Positions 7,886 through 15,745 of a DNA stretch of 20,000 nt are shown in pieces. The DNA is taken from the IMG/VR virus record IMGVR_UViG_3300042368_000845; one strand, 5' to 3'. The notes under the pieces are model-generated. The model worked only from the letters and a program-made list of their open reading frames with translations, was not told where the DNA came from and searched no databases. Both the position numbers and the translations under genes were made by a program. Source of the DNA: an uncultured virus (IMG/VR IMGVR_UViG_3300042368_000845). Lineage: Duplodnaviria; Heunggongvirae; Uroviricota; Caudoviricetes. Every line of letters starts with the position of its first letter. Positions within the stretch are counted from its first letter, which is position 1.

Positions 7886-9979
7886 TTACTCGACCGCGAT
7901 CAGGTCGATGAATCGGTTGAGCATGACGCGGGATGATGTACGCTTATCCATCGTCTTGATGAACGCATTCCGAATACCGACGTTCGACTTCTTATCGGAA
8001 AGAATTTCGTCAAGATCATCATCCTCAATCGAAGCATTTCCCTGAATGATGAAGAGTTCGTCATGTCCGTGGCATGACTTGTCTGCAACCGCAAAACCTT
8101 CCTTGTCGTAGGTACTCTTTGCCTTTTCAAGTACTTGATTGTTCTTGAAAAATCGCGTGGTTACGTTGTTCGACATTCCACCACGTCGGCGTGAGTCGAG
8201 GAAGATACCGATGCTGCGGCATCCAGTAATGTCGGAGAATGCCGTATAGAGTGCGTCGGTGGATGATGTACCCTCCATCACCTGATACGTCTTCTTGCCG
8301 ACAATGATGAAAGACTTCATGTAGGCCGATGAGCCACAGATGCTTGAACCAGTTGTTTCCCCGTCAGTAAGGAACACCGTATGAACAATGTCCAAGTTGT
8401 TATCCTGCTTGAACTTGGGGACAATCTTCATGGCGGCGACGACCGCCTCATTGAGTGGGGTTGATGACAACTCCATCTGTGGAGGAATGCTGTAGTTGTA
8501 CTGGCTTCGTCGTGAGTATCCGTTGATCTGCACAAACAGATTTCGCATCATCGTGTTGAAGTCAACACCATTCATCCGTGATGAAAGAATATTCAACAGA
8601 CTGAAGTTGTTGAAACCCATCTTGGAACCCTTCATGTCTGATGGATACTCAAAGTCAGACTTGTTGTTGTCAAGTTCTGCGAAACGAGATGTGAAAGCGT
8701 AAACCTCATACGGAATGTTCAATCGCTTGCAGAACAGAACAATCTGAAAGAGTTGCTTCAGCGTATCCTCAAGGCATACTGCCATGCTGCCTGACCAATC
8801 CATGAAGAAGACAAGACCGTGAGACTTTCCCTTCTTCATCGTCGTTTGACGCATGAAGATATCATCCGTGAAATGGAAGTTCATCATGCGTACCGTGTCA
8901 ATTACGCCTGTCTTGTTCACCGACAAACGGAAACTGTCACGGGCCGCTTTCTTTGTCATGAACTGCTTGCACAGAATGTTCACAGCGGCCTTTGACTTGT
9001 TCGCAAACTCTTGGTAGTCCTTGTTTGCCATGTCATAGGCATCACGATGACGAGTGTCGTAACCGTGATAATAACGCATCACACCCTTGTAGTCAACGAT
9101 AACATTGTTCTTCAACGATGGAATCGTTTGGTAAAAATAATTATCGTATGTGTTGGATGCCATTTTGCGAAGGTGGCTCTCAAGGATCTGCTGTGTCGAG
9201 CATTGATCAGGGAGAATACCCTGATTGCTGTATCCATCAAGGCGATTTTCGCTGTTCTTGTTTTCCGATTCCTCTCCCTTCACAGAGGTGGCATTACCCG
9301 TACCATTGCCAAAACCGACAGCGGTCTTTCCACCCTCTCCATCCTCACGGCTGTCACGCTTCTTGTCCTTGCAGTATTCCCAAATTTTCTTGGTCACGGC
9401 AATGACTTGCTCAAAGGTACGAGCCTGATCAATCTCTTCGATGAATGGCATCTCCTCATCGGAGAACTTGATGAAGTTGTGTCGGTATGTGCCAACCTTG
9501 TAGTGAAGGTTGATTCGGTCGATGAATCCCATCTTGGACACATCCTTACCACGAATCTCGAAGAAATCACGTTCATCAAGATCCTTGTAACCGATGTAGA
9601 AGTCGCGTCGAAGACCTCCGAACTTCTCCTTCATCAACTTTTCGATACGGGCATCCTCAACCACGTTGAGGTATCCCATAGCATGGTTTGCGTGTTCCTC
9701 ACCACCAATTTCCACGGCTGCTGCCATTGGCTTGCCATTCTTGATGGACTCCTCATCCTTCTCCGTATATGGAGTGTAAAGAGCATGACCAACCTCATGC
9801 CCCACGATCATGTCGTAGAGTTCGTTGGACATCTCACCAAGCACGGGAAGCGTGAGAACACGATTGCGAACGTCGAATGACGCTGTGCGAGCCTTGTTGT
9901 CATGGATCACGGTGATATTCTCAGAAGCGAGAAGCCTTGACAGAACGGACTTGGATTGCTTGTTCGTTTGCGTGTGCAT
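7886..9979 (-). CDS. CobT-like protein: N-terminal zincin-like HExxH domain plus C-terminal vWA (MIDAS)
   Basis: HEVGH, NVVEDARIE, DWSGS, STPL, LTDG; partner of the adjacent AAA+; start reset to 9979. Confidence 0.9.
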   Translation of the reverse strand: MHTQTNKQSKSVLSRLLASENITVIHDNKARTASFDVRNRVLTLPVLGEMSNELYDMIVGHEVGHALYTPYTEKDEESIKNGKPMAAAVEIGGEEHANHAMGYLNVVEDARIEKLMKEKFGGLRRDFYIGYKDLDERDFFEIRGKDVSKMGFIDRINLHYKVGTYRHNFIKFSDEEMPFIEEIDQARTFEQVIAVTKKIWEYCKDKKRDSREDGEGGKTAVGFGNGTGNATSVKGEESENKNSENRLDGYSNQGILPDQCSTQQILESHLRKMASNTYDNYFYQTIPSLKNNVIVDYKGVMRYYHGYDTRHRDAYDMANKDYQEFANKSKAAVNILCKQFMTKKAARDSFRLSVNKTGVIDTVRMMNFHFTDDIFMRQTTMKKGKSHGLVFFMDWSGSMAVCLEDTLKQLFQIVLFCKRLNIPYEVYAFTSRFAELDNNKSDFEYPSDMKGSKMGFNNFSLLNILSSRMNGVDFNTMMRNLFVQINGYSRRSQYNYSIPPQMELSSTPLNEAVVAAMKIVPKFKQDNNLDIVHTVFLTDGETTGSSICGSSAYMKSFIIVGKKTYQVMEGTSSTDALYTAFSDITGCRSIGIFLDSRRRGGMSNNVTTRFFKNNQVLEKAKSTYDKEGFAVADKSCHGHDELFIIQGNASIEDDDLDEILSDKKSNVGIRNAFIKTMDKRTSSRVMLNRFIDLIAVE

Positions 9980-9985
9980 GAGGTC

Positions 9986-10014
9986 ATTATACCAAACCAC
10001 CCATGTAAAATCAA
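9986..10014 (-). promoter_or_regulatory. Sigma70-type promoter, leaderless geometry
   Basis: TTGATT-17-TATAAT-GACCTC-ATG(9979). Confidence 0.85.
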
Positions 10015-10051
10015 TGGCATGGAAAAAAATCTGAAAAACTCTTCAAAGGTG

Positions 10052-10080
10052 TTGACTCACGAAGGAAAAGAAACTAAACT
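10052..10080 (+). promoter_or_regulatory. Sigma70-type promoter, leaderless geometry
   Basis: TTGACT-17-TAAACT-ATGCAC-ATG(10087). Confidence 0.8.
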
Positions 10081-10086
10081 ATGCAC

Positions 10087-10311
10087 ATGGACACAAGCAC
10101 CATTCAAACGGCGACGGCCACGGCCTCGACTCACATTATCGCATCCCTTCTTGAGACTCGCCTCAGCAACAATGAGCGTGTTACCCTGTCGGATCTTGCA
10201 TCCGCAGGAAACATGAGCGTGGTTGAGGCTCGCAAGACGCTGATCCAAGTGTTTGGAACTCGCGTTCAGTTCAAGCGAGGCCGAACGGGGGGTATCCTCC
10301 TCGCCAACTAA
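10087..10311 (+). CDS. Small winged-helix protein, paralog B
   Basis: VTLSDLASAGNMSVVEARKTL...QFKRGRTGGI; aligns with 6247-6471. Confidence 0.75.
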   Translation: MDTSTIQTATATASTHIIASLLETRLSNNERVTLSDLASAGNMSVVEARKTLIQVFGTRVQFKRGRTGGILLAN

Positions 10312-10336
10312 TAGCGAGCCTTGAACTCGCCAAATG

Positions 10337-10371
10337 ATCCTAGTGAGCGAAAGTTCACTAGGATATTTCTT
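10337..10371 (+). terminator. Terminator with GAAA loop
   Basis: ATCCTAGTGAGC-GAAA-GTTCACTAGGAT-ATTTCTT. Confidence 0.7.
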
Positions 10372-10398
10372 GACCGCTCAATCCAAAAAGGGTAAAAT
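10370..10398 (+). promoter_or_regulatory. Sigma70-type promoter, leaderless geometry
   Basis: TTGACC-17-TAAAAT-ACGCAC-ATG(10405). Confidence 0.85.
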
Positions 10399-10404
10399 AC
10401 GCAC

Positions 10405-10803
10405 ATGAACTACGAATCCGATGAAACTCGCGTGTACCAACTTGGAAAACTCTTCTATGAGTTTTCGCGCAGCAATGGGTACAAGGTTGATGACGCAAAC
10501 CACGTTATGGAGATGGTCGATCTCATGTTCGATGATTACATGACTGATGACCTAGTTTCATTTTGGGATGCACTTCGGGACAATGCACAGATTGATGCAG
10601 AATTCTGCAAGATGCTCCTTGAGAGCGGACTGATGGACGAGAATGAAATCTTTGGGCTTGACAATGGACTCGACAGGGCCATCTACGATATGCAATGGCC
10701 TGTGGATGAGGATGGGGTTGAGGGTGAGGACTATTGTCCTGACTACATCATCGTGAATGTCGATGACTACGACTTCGATGATGAGGTTGAGGATGATGAA
10801 TGA
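10405..10803 (+). CDS. Very acidic hypothetical protein
   Basis: 132 aa, D/E-rich, own promoter and terminator. Confidence 0.8.
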   Translation: MNYESDETRVYQLGKLFYEFSRSNGYKVDDANHVMEMVDLMFDDYMTDDLVSFWDALRDNAQIDAEFCKMLLESGLMDENEIFGLDNGLDRAIYDMQWPVDEDGVEGEDYCPDYIIVNVDDYDFDDEVEDDE

Positions 10804-10834
10804 AATCAGGGGGCTTACGCCCCCTGATTTTTTT
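10803..10834 (+). terminator. Intrinsic terminator, possibly bidirectional
   Basis: AAATCAGGGGGC-TTAC-GCCCCCTGATTTTTTTT. Confidence 0.85.
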
Positions 10835-10970
10835 ATTGGTTTTTACTATCAACTTTCTGAGAGTAATTTCGCTTTCGATTCACAGACTTCAAAAACAACA
10901 AATACTTCTTGCCGCGTGATGAGTGTGGGATTGGGCCTGCACCCTTACCCTTACGATAATTTCGTGCCAT
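10833..10970 (-). CDS. 45-aa basic peptide, probably late-expressed
   Basis: MARNYRKGKGAGPIPHSSRGKKYLLFLKSVNRKRNYSQKVDSKNQ; AAGGAG SD; CTAAATA at 10996-10990. Confidence 0.65.
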   Translation of the reverse strand: MARNYRKGKGAGPIPHSSRGKKYLLFLKSVNRKRNYSQKVDSKNQ

Positions 10971-10994
10971 AATAAAAACTCCTTGTCTATATTT

Positions 10995-11260
10995 AGAAAC
11001 AGATATCACCGCTGTTTCTTGACCAGTTGCAACAAGTCAAGTCATACGGTGAATCTGCGCCTCCAATCCATGAGCGTATTATTTATTACAATGATCTGTA
11101 GATTGGATCATATAACAGATCAAGGCCAATAGTAAAAGGTGATATCATTCCTTTTATTTTACGATACTATGGGGAAGCAAACCACCATAGTAAAGCCATT
11201 GGGGAATGGGAGGATTACCCTCCCCGCACTAGACCTAATCCCATTTGTTACTCGTCTAGT
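10995..11260. ncRNA. Candidate structured RNA (7 tandem stem-loops)
   Basis: Inverted repeats at 10995-11019, 11018-11041, 11092-11122, 11133-11156, 11165-11192, 11208-11224, 11228-11260; no credible ORF. Confidence 0.45.
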
Positions 11261-11270
11261 CGAGATCGGC

Positions 11271-11516
11271 TCAGTCGCCGCTGTCGATGGTATGTGAAAT
11301 GTAGACTTCGGTGTTGCCATCATCACGCACCTTGAAGCCATCGTAACTGTTCATCTGACCTCGTTGGTGAGTCTGAACATAGTTCTCACCATACGAGTCG
11401 ATCACTTCCTTGGGGTGAGTACCTTCGATGAGGATCGTGTGGTTCTCACGATTGTAGCAGCGACCAAGATTCATGTTTGTGTAGGTGTGCTTGAGGACTT
11501 TGAGTTGCTGTGTCAT
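11271..11516 (-). CDS. Hypothetical protein
   Basis: MTQQLKVL...; start reset to 11516. Confidence 0.75.
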   Translation of the reverse strand: MTQQLKVLKHTYTNMNLGRCYNRENHTILIEGTHPKEVIDSYGENYVQTHQRGQMNSYDGFKVRDDGNTEVYISHTIDSGD

Positions 11517-11522
11517 GCTCAT

Positions 11523-11551
11523 ATTTTACTCCGCTACTGCCTTGCTGTCAA
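11523..11551 (-). promoter_or_regulatory. Sigma70-type promoter, leaderless geometry
   Basis: TTGACA-17-TAAAAT-ATGAGC-ATG(11516). Confidence 0.85.
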
Positions 11552-11774
11552 TCTTCTTTGTCGTGAAGTCTGAGATTTTGGTGACTTGCAGGAATCCTGC
11601 ACCATTTCCTTCGGGGTCTGCATTTGCAATAACCTCGTAGGTACGCTTGCCGTTCTCAACGATCAGCCCCATGTAAGTATCACCATACTTATCAGGATCG
11701 ACAACGATCTTCTTGATCTTGCCGCCAATGAGAGGCTTGAGGTAATTGAAGTAGACTTCTTGACTGTTGCTCAA
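11526..11774 (-). CDS. Hypothetical protein
   Basis: TTG start with GGAG SD; DPEGNGAGFL segment. Confidence 0.75.
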   Translation of the reverse strand: MSNSQEVYFNYLKPLIGGKIKKIVVDPDKYGDTYMGLIVENGKRTYEVIANADPEGNGAGFLQVTKISDFTTKKIDSKAVAE

Positions 11775-11869
11775 TCGTTGTCTCCGAAAATGTTGTGAAT
11801 GAAGTACCGTGCGACCATTACCGTGGCGATCACGGCAACACAGATTGTGACGATGATGCTAAGTTCCAT
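11771..11869 (-). CDS. 32-aa single-TM peptide
   Basis: MELSIIVTICVAVIATVMVARYFIHNIFGDND; TAATG and TTGA overlaps with neighbours. Confidence 0.65.
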   Translation of the reverse strand: MELSIIVTICVAVIATVMVARYFIHNIFGDND

Positions 11870-12102
11870 TAGATGTTCCTGAATGGGTCAAGAATTTTCA
11901 TGGCTTCGGCAACACGAATCAGGTCATGACGACTGACTACAATTTCGTGTTTTTGTTTGTCGGCTGAATAAACATTCAGCGTGACATTGCTTGTGTTGTT
12001 GTCATCCAAACACACAATCAACCGAACGGACTGATCAAGTGTTGGAATGTCAAATGACGATCCCATGAAAGGTTTGTAGTGATTTGATGGATGTGTTTCC
12101 AT
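11869..12102 (-). CDS. Hypothetical protein
   Basis: 77 aa with own promoter. Confidence 0.75.
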   Translation of the reverse strand: METHPSNHYKPFMGSSFDIPTLDQSVRLIVCLDDNNTSNVTLNVYSADKQKHEIVVSRHDLIRVAEAMKILDPFRNI

Positions 12103-12108
12103 GTTTGT

Positions 12109-12137
12109 ATCTTACCAAAGCCCGATTGTACCGTCAA
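12109..12137 (-). promoter_or_regulatory. Sigma70-type promoter, leaderless geometry
   Basis: TTGACG-17-TAAGAT-ACAAAC-ATG(12102). Confidence 0.8.
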
Positions 12138-12144
12138 GTACAAT

Positions 12145-12368
12145 CAGACATCTACCTTGTGTGGTTGATCGTGAATACAGGTAGACCATCTACGATGGCA
12201 AATATTCACTTTCGCACTCACCCATAACCCTATAATCTTAGACAGATATGATGAGTGTATCTGTCTTGCAGCCAAAATGAACACTTTGACGGGTGTATGC
12301 GAAATTACAGAATACGCATCCCTCTGCCTCCGTTGGTGGAGGAACCATGTAATATAGAACTTACATGG
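12145..12368 (-). ncRNA. Candidate ~220-nt structured RNA beginning AUG-UAA
   Basis: Near-consensus promoter 12401-12373, ATGTAA at 12366, six hairpins. Confidence 0.55.
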
Positions 12369-12372
12369 GCGG

Positions 12373-12401
12373 ATTGTATAAGTAGTTGGTTTCCATGTCA
12401 A
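12373..12401 (-). promoter_or_regulatory. Sigma70-type promoter
   Basis: TTGACA-17-TACAAT-CCGCCC-ATGTAA. Confidence 0.85.
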
Positions 12402-12438
12402 GTACCTACAAACCGTTTTTTTGGCGTTCTGAAGGGGC

Positions 12439-12467
12439 TTGACAAGATTTCAAAACCTTGGTAAAAT
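12439..12467 (+). promoter_or_regulatory. Sigma70-type promoter, leadered transcript
   Basis: TTGACA-17-TAAAAT, then AAGGA SD and ATG 12495. Confidence 0.8.
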
Positions 12468-12494
12468 AAACTGTCTGGTATAAGGAAAACTAGG

Positions 12495-12641
12495 ATGAAA
12501 ATTACCATCAAGACATCTACAAGTACAAGTACCCGCAAGGGCCACCACCACCAACGCCCAAAGACATGGGCGAACAAGGATCGTGACCCAATTCGGGATC
12601 GACGTGATTCCAAGGCCGAACTTCGGAGGGCATTCGCATGA
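12495..12641 (+). CDS. 48-aa basic peptide
   Basis: MKITIKTSTSTSTRKGHHHQRPKTWANKDRDPIRDRRDSKAELRRAFA; ATGA overlap with the next gene. Confidence 0.7.
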   Translation: MKITIKTSTSTSTRKGHHHQRPKTWANKDRDPIRDRRDSKAELRRAFA

Positions 12642-12778
12642 CCGAACTTCTTTGGTGTTTCCTCACCTTCATCTTCTTTGTCTGCTTTGTCATGTGTACG
12701 GTCTACCTCAGCGGGATTCGTTCAGATACCGCCAAGATCATTCGTTATCTTGACATCATGAACAGGAAGATGAAATAA
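12638..12778 (+). CDS. 46-aa membrane peptide
   Basis: MTELLWCFLTFIFFVCFVMCTVYLSGIRSD...; coupled on both sides. Confidence 0.7.
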   Translation: MTELLWCFLTFIFFVCFVMCTVYLSGIRSDTAKIIRYLDIMNRKMK

Positions 12779-12990
12779 TGTGCAAGTGCAATGACTGCGG
12801 CGACGAAATTCCACAGGCACGGCTTGATTTTTTGCCTGATACAGAGTATTGTATCAACTGCTCAGACAAGCACACCTTCAAGTATGTGGCACGAATGATC
12901 TACCCACACAAGACGGGTGGGGATCTTTTCGTAGCCAAGTCAAAGGGTGATGCCGAACGACTCAACCGTGAGTATACGAGGGCAAGATGA
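12778..12990 (+). CDS. DksA/TraR-type C4 zinc-finger protein
   Basis: CNDCGDEIPQARLDFLPDTEYCINC. Confidence 0.85.
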   Translation: MCKCNDCGDEIPQARLDFLPDTEYCINCSDKHTFKYVARMIYPHKTGGDLFVAKSKGDAERLNREYTRAR

Positions 12991-13157
12991 ACCAAATGAA
13001 ACGCATACACGAATCCCTGAACGCTATGCTTGACGAACTCGAACCCGATGAACTCAACATGGTTGAGGATTTCATTGTGAACGAGTGTGATGTGGATGAT
13101 ACTGATGAGAATGGAAATTTTCCAAATCTCTTCAGAATGTTCATCACCTACAAGTAA
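12987..13157 (+). CDS. 56-aa acidic protein
   Basis: MNQMKRIHESLNAMLDELEPDELNMVEDFIVNECDVDD...; ATGA overlap. Confidence 0.7.
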   Translation: MNQMKRIHESLNAMLDELEPDELNMVEDFIVNECDVDDTDENGNFPNLFRMFITYK

Positions 13158-13164
13158 ATCTTTG

Positions 13165-13170
13165 TAGAAT
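13165..13170 (+). promoter_or_regulatory. -10 box with leaderless geometry, weak -35
   Basis: TAGAAT-ACCACC-ATG(13177). Confidence 0.6.
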
Positions 13171-13176
13171 ACCACC

Positions 13177-13413
13177 ATGACCCACTCATTCAATTACTTC
13201 GTCGGCAATCTTCCCGCAGAGATTCCTCTTCACGATTTCATTTACATGGTTCGTGATACGGTTGGTGTCAAACCAGTTATTCTCAAAGAGAGTAAAAATG
13301 GGATTGACTTTCGCATCACCGTCGATGATAATTACGTCGAGGGCTGTTTGGACACGATCCGCAAGGACATGGGCCAAGACATTCAATACCGTACTGGTTT
13401 GAGGATCTACTGA
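13177..13413 (+). CDS. Hypothetical protein
   Basis: 78 aa. Confidence 0.75.
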   Translation: MTHSFNYFVGNLPAEIPLHDFIYMVRDTVGVKPVILKESKNGIDFRITVDDNYVEGCLDTIRKDMGQDIQYRTGLRIY

Positions 13414-13790
13414 TGAGTACATCAACCACCAACCCCGTGTTCATCTACCGCAATCTCACCAAAGGCTGTTGGTCGATCAAGGATACCAAGACCAACCGTG
13501 TTATCGGCCATGCGGATTCAATTCGCTTGGTCAACTGTAGGTTCAAGGTGTCTGAGGCAGGACGGCAGCGAGTCATCCGCGAACGCAAAAAGTATGTTCA
13601 TGCGGGTGTGGTTGGTATGCTGACATCTGACTGTTCAACCATTGACTCATGGAGTCCAGTACGGTATAATCCGTACACCACCACAACCTTTGTCGATGTG
13701 AGTGGTAATGCCGTGCATAGTGCCTCTGCCGTGTTCTTCGACGGCAATGGCAAGGTTTTTACAGAAGAACAAAAAAAGGAACAATCATGA
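13413..13790 (+). CDS. Conserved-looking phage protein of unknown function
   Basis: YRNL..CWS, AGRQRVIRERKKYVHA and YNPY motifs. Confidence 0.8.
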   Translation: MSTSTTNPVFIYRNLTKGCWSIKDTKTNRVIGHADSIRLVNCRFKVSEAGRQRVIRERKKYVHAGVVGMLTSDCSTIDSWSPVRYNPYTTTTFVDVSGNAVHSASAVFFDGNGKVFTEEQKKEQS

Positions 13791-14044
13791 ACTACGAACT
13801 CGTTGCAGGAATTTTCTTTGGCGTTGGAATGTGTGCTACCGCATACCTTTTCTATAGCGTCAATCGTGTGCGTAAGATTGACCTGAACTTGGTTACAAAG
13901 ACCAATGACATCGACAAGGAAGCACTTCGGCAAGACATCAACCACATTCGTGAGGATGTGAACCAAATGTACTCTGACATGGATTTGGTATTGTCTCGCA
14001 TTGAGGCACTTGAGACAAAGCCCAAGCCTAAGAAGAAGGCATAA
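13787..14044 (+). CDS. N-terminal TM plus coiled-coil protein
   Basis: Hydrophobic N-terminus; AAGGA SD. Confidence 0.75.
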   Translation: MNYELVAGIFFGVGMCATAYLFYSVNRVRKIDLNLVTKTNDIDKEALRQDINHIREDVNQMYSDMDLVLSRIEALETKPKPKKKA

Positions 14045-14304
14045 TGACTCAGCAATTTCGCATCAGGTCAAAAACTTGCCATAAATTTGATTACCTTTTT
14101 CGGGTTCATACCTATCCAAACGGTAGTCGTGGTGGTACAATATGGGCCTACAACCATGACAGAGAGGATTTCTTTGCTATGTGCCAAGGTACTACTGGAA
14201 GGCAGTACCTTCGTGGTGATTACATGGATATCACCGAACTTCGTAAAGAATGGAAATCTCTCAGGGAAAATGGTTGGCAAGAGATACCAGTTGAGGTAAA
14301 ATAG
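14044..14304 (+). CDS. Hypothetical protein (RxxWxxL family)
   Basis: TAATG coupling; ELRKEWKSLRENGW. Confidence 0.75.
   Translation: MTQQFRIRSKTCHKFDYLFRVHTYPNGSRGGTIWAYNHDREDFFAMCQGTTGRQYLRGDYMDITELRKEWKSLRENGWQEIPVEVK
14274..14302 (+). promoter_or_regulatory. Sigma70-type promoter, leaderless geometry
   Basis: TTGGCA-17-TAAAAT-AGCCAC-ATG(14309). Confidence 0.7.
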
Positions 14305-14308
14305 CCAC

Positions 14309-14557
14309 ATGGGAGTCAAACTACACAGTCTTTTTTCACCACAAGGTGATATCATGATCCTTTTCGCCATCCATTCGGATGGTACTGGATGTGTTACACA
14401 GAACGAAGGTGGTGAAAATAATGCTAATGGTACTGGTTACACCATGCCATTTCACTACAACGTCTCTTACCCAGTATCCCTACTCAGGAATGAGTGGAGA
14501 TATTTACGAAAAAACTGTTGGAAAACTTCAGAGGAAAGGTGTAGAATTACAGCATGA
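14309..14557 (+). CDS. Hypothetical protein (RxxWxxL family)
   Basis: SYPVSLLRNEWRYLRKNCW. Confidence 0.7.
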   Translation: MGVKLHSLFSPQGDIMILFAIHSDGTGCVTQNEGGENNANGTGYTMPFHYNVSYPVSLLRNEWRYLRKNCWKTSEERCRITA

Positions 14558-14805
14558 AGACCTTTACCGCACAATACGTTGCAGACTTTCTCACCCTCCC
14601 AATGGACAAGTTTCAGGAGGAGTGCCGCATCCTGACGGGTGTTGAGGCGACCGACGTTGTTCAAATTGATGAAAGCACATGGTTCAACATCACCTGTGAG
14701 GTTGATGAGGATGAGGTTGACCCCGACAACCATTTCGACCTCGTTGGTCGTGACCTCGCACGACGCTTTCAATGCGAAGTCTATTTGGACGACATTTTCG
14801 AGTAA
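14554..14805 (+). CDS. Acidic hypothetical protein
   Basis: 83 aa, ATGA overlap. Confidence 0.75.
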   Translation: MKTFTAQYVADFLTLPMDKFQEECRILTGVEATDVVQIDESTWFNITCEVDEDEVDPDNHFDLVGRDLARRFQCEVYLDDIFE

Positions 14806-14809
14806 GTGA

Positions 14810-14838
14810 TTGACGGCCACGAACCAAAAAGGTACAAT
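14810..14838 (+). promoter_or_regulatory. Sigma70-type promoter, leaderless geometry
   Basis: TTGACG-17-TACAAT-ACGCAC-ATG(14845). Confidence 0.85.
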
Positions 14839-14844
14839 ACGCAC

Positions 14845-15378
14845 ATGGGCTACTACATCGAAATCACAAATTCATCGTTTCGCATCCCCAAGGCCAATCT
14901 TGACAAGTTTTGGGAACTCGCAACCCACCTGATGACTGATGAAATCATCGTTGAGAACGGTACTGGTGGATCATGGGTGAGTGGCAAGAAGGCGGACGTT
15001 TGGTATGCGTGGGTTGATACCGAAAAGGCTCGCAAGGCCATCCTCAACCGCGACATCGTTGACTTCTTCGCCCAATGGGGTTATAATGTCCTGTTGGGTG
15101 ATAACGACTCTCAGTACGAGGTCGTTGAGATTCGCCATTCAAGCCACTCATCGTACAAGATCGGCAACGAGGAAGTTCTCTTTGCCGTTGTAGCCCCTAC
15201 GATTGAGCCTGAGTCATTCCTTCATGTCAAGGGGGAGATTGGCGAGGAATGGCGTTGGACGTTCTCTGATGGCAACCTACACGCACAGGACGTTGTTGAT
15301 GTGGTCTACCACTTTGCACCATGTGCTGAGTACAATCGAATCACCTACCGAACTCCAAAAACCAAAACTTTGGCTTGA
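14845..15378 (+). CDS. Hypothetical phage protein
   Basis: MGYYIEIT...; start reset to 14845. Confidence 0.8.
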   Translation: MGYYIEITNSSFRIPKANLDKFWELATHLMTDEIIVENGTGGSWVSGKKADVWYAWVDTEKARKAILNRDIVDFFAQWGYNVLLGDNDSQYEVVEIRHSSHSSYKIGNEEVLFAVVAPTIEPESFLHVKGEIGEEWRWTFSDGNLHAQDVVDVVYHFAPCAEYNRITYRTPKTKTLA

Positions 15379-15403
15379 TTTCAACAACCATCAAAGGTAG
15401 AAT
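15375..15403 (+). promoter_or_regulatory. Sigma70-type promoter, leaderless geometry
   Basis: TTGATT-17-TAGAAT-ACACAC-ATG(15410). Confidence 0.85.
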
Positions 15404-15409
15404 ACACAC

Positions 15410-15742
15410 ATGGCAAACAAACTCTTCGTTGACCCACCTTCGGGGTGGAAGTACGGCTTTCCCAAGCAAGCACCATCAAATCTTCGTGAAATGGATTTCC
15501 ACGATATCACCAACTGGTTGGTGGAGAATGGGTATCCGATTGAAGAGGCTGAAGTTTGGTCAAAATCCAAGTTCGGAAGTGTTCCATGTCGATTCATTGA
15601 GATGGACATTCAGGAGGTTGAGGAAAAGCCTCTGTATGAACGATTTCATGCAATGTTCAACGATATGATTGATCGTGACGATCTTTCGGTCGAGGACTAC
15701 CGTACCATGCGTGACGTTGAACAATTCCTGAAGAAAGGTTGA
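15410..15742 (+). CDS. Hypothetical phage protein (DPPSGWKYGFP motif)
   Basis: 110 aa with own promoter. Confidence 0.8.
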   Translation: MANKLFVDPPSGWKYGFPKQAPSNLREMDFHDITNWLVENGYPIEEAEVWSKSKFGSVPCRFIEMDIQEVEEKPLYERFHAMFNDMIDRDDLSVEDYRTMRDVEQFLKKG

Positions 15743-15745
15743 AAA

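Noticed and set aside
6834..9880. Long plus-strand ORFs (6834-7466, 9011-9880 and others)
   Set aside because: Antisense shadows of the clearly conserved AAA+ and vWA genes
6546..9979. Cobalamin chelatase (cobS/cobT) function
   Set aside because: Family resemblance only; no cobN or other cob genes in the window, so no gene symbols were assigned
12144..12464. ORFs 12144-12401 (-) and 12255-12464 (+)
   Set aside because: The first starts at the TTG of a -35 box; the second runs through two promoters; neither has an RBS or promoter in position
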